DNA of 64,000 nucleotides from Bdellovibrio sp. (GTDB lineage Bacteria; Bdellovibrionota; Bdellovibrionia; Bdellovibrionales; Bdellovibrionaceae). The DNA is taken from NCBI GenBank assembly GCA_036677065.1, contig JAKFBS010000003.1, positions 1 through 64,000 of the forward strand. The letters run 5' to 3'. The translations under genes were made by a program, and so were the position numbers. This document shows, in pieces, positions 57,927 through 64,000 of the stretch (the stretch's first letter is position 1; every line of letters starts with the position of its first letter). The notes under the pieces were generated by a model that worked only from the letters and a program-made list of their open reading frames with translations, made no database searches and was not told the origin of the DNA.

Positions 57927-58713
57927 TCTGATCAAGTCTAAGACTGACGAAGCTGAGAAAAATACTACGGTGCTTGAGTATCAGCCGCGTGAATTCGTGC
58001 TGGGAACTCCCGGTGCGGCTCTTGATTATTTAGAGCGTAAAAAACATGGTTCAGATTTCGTATTAAGTGATGTTTTGCGCGCAACAACTGGCGTAGAAGA
58101 AATTGAAAAACAATCTGAAGAAGCTCGCATTGAACACAAAGTATTAGAACGTATCGCACTTATTCAAAAGCAAGCGTATGACGAAGGTTACCTTTTAGGT
58201 AAAGACGACGGCTACGCGGCAGCTTTAGAAAAAAGAAATAACGAAATTGATCGTGGCTTATTAGATTTAAGCGAAGTTTTACAATCTGTGCAAAGTTTAA
58301 AACCAGAATTAATTTCAAATAATGAAGCTCATATATTGAAGTTGGTTTATCAAATCGCAGAAAAATTAGCTTACGATCACATTGAACAAAAACCAGAGAT
58401 CGTTTTAGAAGTGGTTCGTCGTGCGATTCACACGGCGCAAGCCGAAGAAGAAGTCACGGTACTTGTGGCTCCTGAACAGGTACAGTTCTTAGAGACGTAT
58501 AAAAATAGTGATAATGAAAATTATGAATTTTTAGAAAATATTAAATTACAAGCTTCGGATCAAATTCAACCAGGTGGTTGTATCGTTGAAACGAACTATG
58601 GTGCAATCGATGCACGTATTGCTGAGCGCTTCAAAAAAGTTTGGGTAGAATTATCAGCAGCAATTCCTAAAGTTAAAGACTCTTTAGAATCATCAGATGA
58701 TGATGGGACATAA
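57913..58713 (+). CDS. fliH: flagellar assembly protein FliH
   Basis: AYDEGYLLGKDDG repeats, GGCIVETNYG.IDA; lies between fliG and fliI. Confidence 0.9.
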   Translation: MRWSNLIKSKTDEAEKNTTVLEYQPREFVLGTPGAALDYLERKKHGSDFVLSDVLRATTGVEEIEKQSEEARIEHKVLERIALIQKQAYDEGYLLGKDDGYAAALEKRNNEIDRGLLDLSEVLQSVQSLKPELISNNEAHILKLVYQIAEKLAYDHIEQKPEIVLEVVRRAIHTAQAEEEVTVLVAPEQVQFLETYKNSDNENYEFLENIKLQASDQIQPGGCIVETNYGAIDARIAERFKKVWVELSAAIPKVKDSLESSDDDGT

Positions 58714-58716
58714 AAA

Positions 58717-60036
58717 GTGAAATTAAACTTTGAGAAATACGAAGAAATTATTAAAAACTGTCACTTAACCGAAGATAGCGGTAAGGTGACAGAAGTTACG
58801 GGCCTTTTGATTAAAGGTTTTCTTCCGGGTGCTTCTGTTGGAAGTATCTGTAGTATTGAAACTCCTCATTCATCAAAACCATTATTAGCCGAAGTTGTCG
58901 GTTTTAAAGACCGTCAGGTTTTAATGATGGCTTTACACGAAATGCGCGGAGTTTCGTTAGGTTGTAAGATTACTCTTTCTCGTTCGATCGCGACTGTTAA
59001 GGTCAGCGATGAGCTTTTAGGTCGCGTTGTTGATGGCATGGGTTTACCTATTGATGATCAATTACCGATTCAAAACTTTAAAGAATTTCCGTTATATGCA
59101 GAGGTGGTTAATCCACTTCATCGTCAGCCGATTCGTGAACCTTTAGATGTAGGTGTGCGCGCAATTAATGCGACGTTAACTGCCGGTCGCGGACAACGTG
59201 TCGCGATTATGGCCGGTTCAGGTGTTGGTAAGTCAGTGTTAATGGGTATGATGGCTAAAAATACTGAAGCTGATGTGAACGTGATCGCGCTTATCGGCGA
59301 GCGGGGCCGTGAGGTTCGTGAATTTATCGAGCATGAACTTGGCGAACAAGGCATGAAAAAAACCGTCGTGGTTTGTGTAACGAGCGATCAAAGCCCGTTA
59401 TTACGTATGCGCGGGGCGTATGTCGCTACAGCGATTGCCGAATATTTTGCAAAAAATAATAAAAATGTTTTATTAGTGATGGATTCGGTAACACGTTTTG
59501 CGATGGCTTTACGTGAAATTGGTTTATCTATTGGTGAACCGCCAACAACACGTGGTTATACACCAAGTGTATTTTCGACTTTACCAAAATTATTAGAGCG
59601 CGCAGGTAATTTTGAAGGCGCGGGTTCAATCACCGGATTTTATACGACCCTAGTTGATGGTGATGATATGAATGATCCAATCGGGGATTGTGTGCGTTCA
59701 ATCGTGGATGGCCACATTGTATTAACACGTCAGTTAGCCCAGCGTGGTCATTACCCGGCGATTGATATTTTACAAAGTGCAAGTCGTGTAATGAAAGCTG
59801 TAACAACAAGCGATCACACGCGAATGGCTTTAAAAATTCGTGAACTTATGGCGACCTATAAAGAAGCTGAAGATTTAATTAATATCGGTGCTTATAAAAC
59901 CGGAGCAAATCCAAAAATTGATAAAGCCGTAAAAGTTATTGATCAGATCAATGATTTTTTAAAGCAAAAAACAGAAGACTCAGCAACGATGACTCAGTGT
60001 CTGCGCACGATGCAACAGATCACTGCTGGCGCGTAG
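58717..60036 (+). CDS. fliI: flagellar export ATPase FliI
   Basis: AGSGVGKS, IGERGREV, DSVTRFAMA, GEPP, LLERAG. Confidence 0.96.
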   Translation: MKLNFEKYEEIIKNCHLTEDSGKVTEVTGLLIKGFLPGASVGSICSIETPHSSKPLLAEVVGFKDRQVLMMALHEMRGVSLGCKITLSRSIATVKVSDELLGRVVDGMGLPIDDQLPIQNFKEFPLYAEVVNPLHRQPIREPLDVGVRAINATLTAGRGQRVAIMAGSGVGKSVLMGMMAKNTEADVNVIALIGERGREVREFIEHELGEQGMKKTVVVCVTSDQSPLLRMRGAYVATAIAEYFAKNNKNVLLVMDSVTRFAMALREIGLSIGEPPTTRGYTPSVFSTLPKLLERAGNFEGAGSITGFYTTLVDGDDMNDPIGDCVRSIVDGHIVLTRQLAQRGHYPAIDILQSASRVMKAVTTSDHTRMALKIRELMATYKEAEDLINIGAYKTGANPKIDKAVKVIDQINDFLKQKTEDSATMTQCLRTMQQITAGA

Positions 60037-60071
60037 TAATAAAAATAATCACTTAACAGGATGTTAGGGTT

Positions 60072-60521
60072 ATGAAGTATAAATTTCCGATGCAAAAAGT
60101 TTTAGATCATCGCCATATCAAGATGGATTTGGCGCGCAAAGATTATCTGGAAGCTCAGGCATTTTTAGTTGAAGAACAAAATAAATTACAAGAAATGTCA
60201 GATATCAAAACCCGCAGTCTAGCGCAAAGAGCAAGCCTAGTGGGCAGTTCAAGCGGGTGGCAAGAGCAGGTTAATCAGATTAACGGTTTTCTTATTGGCC
60301 AAGACCTCCGCATAGCTAATCAGAACGAACGTCTGTTAAAAATCGAAAAAGTAGTCGAGTCCAGACGCGAAATTTTGAAAGATGCGCTAATTGAGGTTAA
60401 GATAATGGAAAGGCTTAAAGAGAAAAAGAAAGCCGATTTCTTACAAGATGTAAGAGATAAAGAAGCTAAAGAGTTAGATGAAATTTCATCAACTCGTTTT
60501 GTTAGGACGACAAAAGCATGA
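60072..60521 (+). CDS. fliJ: flagellar export protein FliJ
   Basis: YKFPMQKVLD..., coiled coil, E.KELDE; follows fliI. Confidence 0.88.
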   Translation: MKYKFPMQKVLDHRHIKMDLARKDYLEAQAFLVEEQNKLQEMSDIKTRSLAQRASLVGSSSGWQEQVNQINGFLIGQDLRIANQNERLLKIEKVVESRREILKDALIEVKIMERLKEKKKADFLQDVRDKEAKELDEISSTRFVRTTKA

Positions 60522-61321
60522 AACGAAATGGTTACGATCAATTTTTCAAAGAAGCAAAAAAAAATGCGCAAACACAAGCGCCAGCTAAAACTATTTCTAT
60601 GCCGAAGCTTCGTGAAAATATGCAAACGAAAAAAAATAAAAAGCCTGTGCGTAAGTTTCCGATCGTGCAATTTGCTGTTTTTATCTTTTGCGGATTAGGT
60701 TTGTTTTTAGCGATCGAAAATTTTGATCAAATTGAATCAACATTGCAAAAAATTGAAATTGGCTTAGGCGTAGCACAAGCTGAAACAATTCCAGCAGCAA
60801 CAGCAGCTCCTGCTGTGCCGGTCGTCGCGGCAGCTGTAGCACCGGCTTCAGGTACGATCCGTGCCGAAGTTGAAGATGATTCAGATTACATTTATAAATT
60901 AACTGAGCGTAAACGTGTATTAGACGCCCGTGAAGAAGAATTAAATAAAAAAGCTGCAGAAATCGAAGCGCAAAAAGTGGCTATCGAGAAAAAATTATCT
61001 GAGCTTGAAGAGTACCGCACTAAAATTTCATCTATGTTACAAGATCGTATTAAATCAGATGACGGTAAAGTTGAAACATTGGTTCAGGTTTATACAAACA
61101 TGAAGCCAAACCAAGCCGCAAAAATCTTTGAAACGATGGATGAAGATTTAGTGATCGATATTTTAAGCCGCATGAAAAAGAAAAGTGCAGCTGAGATTCT
61201 TAATTTAATTAAAACAGAAAAAGCTCAGGCTTTTGCAGAAAAATATGCCGGCTACAGGTTGCCTACAAGCTTACCTAAGGCCGACAAAGAAGCTGCAGCG
61301 TCAGAGGAAGTTAAACCTTAA
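60518..61321 (+). CDS. MotE/FlbB (MgtE-N-like) flagellar protein
   Basis: Transmembrane segment, coiled coil, LVQVYTNMKPNQAAKIF..MKKKSAAEIL. Confidence 0.8.
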   Translation: MKRNGYDQFFKEAKKNAQTQAPAKTISMPKLRENMQTKKNKKPVRKFPIVQFAVFIFCGLGLFLAIENFDQIESTLQKIEIGLGVAQAETIPAATAAPAVPVVAAAVAPASGTIRAEVEDDSDYIYKLTERKRVLDAREEELNKKAAEIEAQKVAIEKKLSELEEYRTKISSMLQDRIKSDDGKVETLVQVYTNMKPNQAAKIFETMDEDLVIDILSRMKKKSAAEILNLIKTEKAQAFAEKYAGYRLPTSLPKADKEAAASEEVKP

Positions 61322-61338
61322 CTAGCAAAGGAGAAAAG

Positions 61339-62958
61339 TTGATAAAAGACTTGATACGTGTCGGCCCCCCACAGGGAACGATAGACGATCTTGATCTGAA
61401 AGTTCCAAAAGAGTTCGATAAAAACATCCGCAAGGATTTTGAAAAAGAACTCAAAGCTGCAGGCAAAGATAAAGAAAAAGATCAGCCGAAAGCAGAAAAG
61501 CAGAACGATCAGAGAAAAGATTCTGATCAGGTTTCGAAGAAGTCATCTGGGGGAACTAAAAAGAAGATGGCTCGCGCAAAGGGTGATGAATCCGATGCAG
61601 AAAAACCTGAAACGGGTATTAAAGCAGAAGGCGTAATTCAGCCACAAGCGATTGAACAAAAGATTTCAAATGTCATGGTCTCAGAAGAGGGTGAAGTTGA
61701 AATCGCAGATTCCGAAAAAAATCTGCAACAAATCGCAACTGATTTACCAATTGCTAATATCCAAAATATTCAAACACAAGTTTTAGCAGCAGTGCCAGCC
61801 GTTGATGGCGAAGCCATGCCTGCTGAAACACAAGCGCAGGTTACACCTGGAGCCATTCAAGCTGCCCCAGAATTTCAGTATATGACTAGTGCTGAAAAAG
61901 CTGTATTAGCCGAAATGAATGGCGAAGGACAACCTGAGGCCATCGATCAACAATTATTAAAAGCTCCAACTGGCGAGAGTAAAGCGCAACAGCCACAAAT
62001 GATTCAGTCTCAGCCGACCGCACCGATGCAGGATGCAAACGTTGAATCAAAAGATGCTGAAGCCGCACCAACTCTTGAAAGTAAGGTCTATGACATTCTT
62101 AGTAAAGAAGTCGCAAAACCGATGGATCAAAAACTTTTGCAGCAGGATGCTTCTCAAGTGAAAGATCAATCACAAACACTGAATCAAACCAGTGCGGTGT
62201 TAGCGAAATCAAATGCCGAGAATGAAAATCAAGGCCAACAAGGAGAAAAGCAAAATTCATCGGGTGATAGCGGACAACAAGCGTCTTTGCCAAAGTTTGA
62301 TGGTTCAAACGATTTAGCAGCGCAAGTGTCAGCACTTCATACCGGCCAACGCAGTTTTCAGTCACACTTAGGAGCCGCAGCCGGTGCAGCAGGAGCTGCT
62401 ACAGCCGCTAAGCCAGGTGCAGAGACTGATGCCATGAAAGACTCTAATGTTCGCGAAGTGATGAACCAAGCGAAGTATTTAGTGACTGCAGGTGGCGGTG
62501 AGATGACGGTGAAGATGACTCCAGAAGGCATGGGCGAAGTTAATCTTAAAGTGATGCTGGATAACGGCAAAATTAACATTGAGATGAACGCTCAGGATAA
62601 AAATGTAAAAAAGATGTTAGAAGAAAGCCTTTCTGATCTAAAGTCTAGTCTAGCCTCTCACCAAATGCGCGTAGAACATGTTAAGATTAACAATGTGGTC
62701 GCGGTAGACACCCAAAACCAGGCTCAGTTTCAGTCTGATGCAAACTCATCGAATTCGAGTTTTCAAAACAGACAACAGCAAGAAATGAATATGCAAAACT
62801 TTGCAAATTCAAATTCTGGCCGTCAAAGAGAGCACGGATCAGCGTCTTACCAAACATCACAACAACAATCGGTGCAAACGCCGATCACTAAATCTGCCCA
62901 AGGCCGCGCAGCATATGTTGCCGCCAACAAGGGATCTAGTGTTAACGTGGTCGCGTAG
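61339..62958 (+). CDS. fliK: flagellar hook-length control protein FliK
   Basis: Low-complexity Q/A/E-rich N-terminus; C-terminal domain MTPEGMGEV..LEESLSDLK.SL. Confidence 0.85.
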   Translation: MIKDLIRVGPPQGTIDDLDLKVPKEFDKNIRKDFEKELKAAGKDKEKDQPKAEKQNDQRKDSDQVSKKSSGGTKKKMARAKGDESDAEKPETGIKAEGVIQPQAIEQKISNVMVSEEGEVEIADSEKNLQQIATDLPIANIQNIQTQVLAAVPAVDGEAMPAETQAQVTPGAIQAAPEFQYMTSAEKAVLAEMNGEGQPEAIDQQLLKAPTGESKAQQPQMIQSQPTAPMQDANVESKDAEAAPTLESKVYDILSKEVAKPMDQKLLQQDASQVKDQSQTLNQTSAVLAKSNAENENQGQQGEKQNSSGDSGQQASLPKFDGSNDLAAQVSALHTGQRSFQSHLGAAAGAAGAATAAKPGAETDAMKDSNVREVMNQAKYLVTAGGGEMTVKMTPEGMGEVNLKVMLDNGKINIEMNAQDKNVKKMLEESLSDLKSSLASHQMRVEHVKINNVVAVDTQNQAQFQSDANSSNSSFQNRQQQEMNMQNFANSNSGRQREHGSASYQTSQQQSVQTPITKSAQGRAAYVAANKGSSVNVVA

Positions 62959-62969
62959 GAGAGATAAAC

Positions 62970-64000
62970 ATGGATGTTAAAGCAAGTACAAAAACATGGA
63001 GAGATCCGCAGTTAGCAGAACCTGATTTAAAAGCTCAGGGTAATAACCGTGCGATGTCGCAGCAAGAAAAAGACGCATTAGGCACTGATAATATCGGTGA
63101 AGCGTTAAATAAAATTGCTGATCCTAATTATGTTGATCCTTCGAAAAAGACTCGTGGCGTGGGTAATACCAACATGGATAAAGATGCATTTTTTAAGTTG
63201 ATGATTACGCAGCTTAAACATCAAGATCCATCAAACCCATTAAAGAATCATGAAATGGCCGCGCAGTTAGCGCAGTTTTCTGGTTTAGAGCAAATGACGA
63301 ATATCAATTCGACGTTACAAGAAATGAAGCAGGCCAGTAAACCTGTTGAACAGTTTCAGGCGTTGAATTTAATCGGCAAAGAAGTTTCAGGAGACAGTGC
63401 AAAGATCACGCGCACAGATTTTGATAAAGATCACGAAGTAAAATTTTCTCTTCCGCAAGAAGCCAAAGAAACTAATGTTTCTATTGTGAATGCGAAGGGT
63501 GATGTAATTCGCAAAATGAAATTTCCGCAGCTAAAAGAAGGTGAAAATAAATTTTCTTGGAATGGCGAAGATGACAAAGGCAACAAAGCAAAAGCCGGCG
63601 ATTATAAAATTAGATTAGAAGCTACAGGTGGCGCAGGTCAGAAGTTAAATATCAAAACTGACTTCACCGGGGTAGTGACTGGTATGAGTTTTTCACAAGA
63701 AGGACCTATACTTCAGGTGGGAAAACAGAATGTTCGTCTTAAGGACATTCGTCAGTTCTCGGACCCAAGTCTTAAGAACAATGACCAGAAATTAAGCGAT
63801 GTTACAAACCTCGACTTGAATAAAGGTGATGCGTCGAAGCAAACTAAAGTTACAGCAGAGACGAAAACTCCAGAGCAACTAAAGGCAATGGAATCTTCGC
63901 CGATGGAAATGTGGGAAAGCCTTTCGGCAGCGAAAGAACTTTTTAACCAACATCAATCGGAAGAAGAGAAGGTAGCTACAGCAGCACCTCCTGCGGAAGC
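62970..64000 (+). CDS. flgD: flagellar hook capping protein FlgD (3'-truncated by the window end)
   Basis: Translated manually from the ATG at 62970 (SD GGAG): DKDAFFKLMITQLKHQDPSNP..EMAAQLAQFSGLEQM..FSWNGED. No stop found before 64000. Confidence 0.92.
   Translation, partial: MDVKASTKTWRDPQLAEPDLKAQGNNRAMSQQEKDALGTDNIGEALNKIADPNYVDPSKKTRGVGNTNMDKDAFFKLMITQLKHQDPSNPLKNHEMAAQLAQFSGLEQMTNINSTLQEMKQASKPVEQFQALNLIGKEVSGDSAKITRTDFDKDHEVKFSLPQEAKETNVSIVNAKGDVIRKMKFPQLKEGENKFSWNGEDDKGNKAKAGDYKIRLEATGGAGQKLNIKTDFTGVVTGMSFSQEGPILQVGKQNVRLKDIRQFSDPSLKNNDQKLSDVTNLDLNKGDASKQTKVTAETKTPEQLKAMESSPMEMWESLSAAKELFNQHQSEEEKVATAAPPAE

Overview
AT-rich chromosomal segment of a Bdellovibrio-like bacterium (Bdellovibrionota). 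This assignment is inferred from the gene content: fibre protein, many orphan lipoproteins, RRM protein and delta-type flagellar cluster. From left to right: (1) the 3' end of a fibre/adhesin gene followed by a phage-tail-like gene module (1-4.3 kb); (2) envelope proteins and an unexplained structured intergenic element (9.28-9.40 kb); (3) a tightly coupled HNH-GNAT-adenosine-deaminase-like-ampG operon; (4) slyD, a glycine-rich RRM gene, tesA-ybbA-ybbP and sua5; (5) accessory lipoproteins, pabA and a pabB-pabC fusion, a vWA lipoprotein, a DnaA-box cluster with a small ORF, and a class III cyclase; (6) an NtrC-like regulator, a degenerate histidine kinase, a HAD hydrolase, glmU-glmS, mltF, tdk, a PLD-family lipoprotein, trmFO and DUF721; (7) mlaDFE and the start of the flagellar operon (TPR protein, degenerate sigma54 activator, flgBC-fliEFGHIJ-motE-fliK-flgD). 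The most striking item is a Y1/HUH (RAYT-like) transposase gene at 46886-47479 with a family of hairpin-associated repeats, core GGGGTATCGGTCAC, six copies in the window. The predicted start codon lies inside one copy, the stop codon lies inside an inverted copy, and a third copy sits in-frame within the gene. Further copies bracket a neighbouring lipase-like gene and sit at the tdk ribosome-binding site. All calls come from reading the sequence and motifs; no database searches were run.
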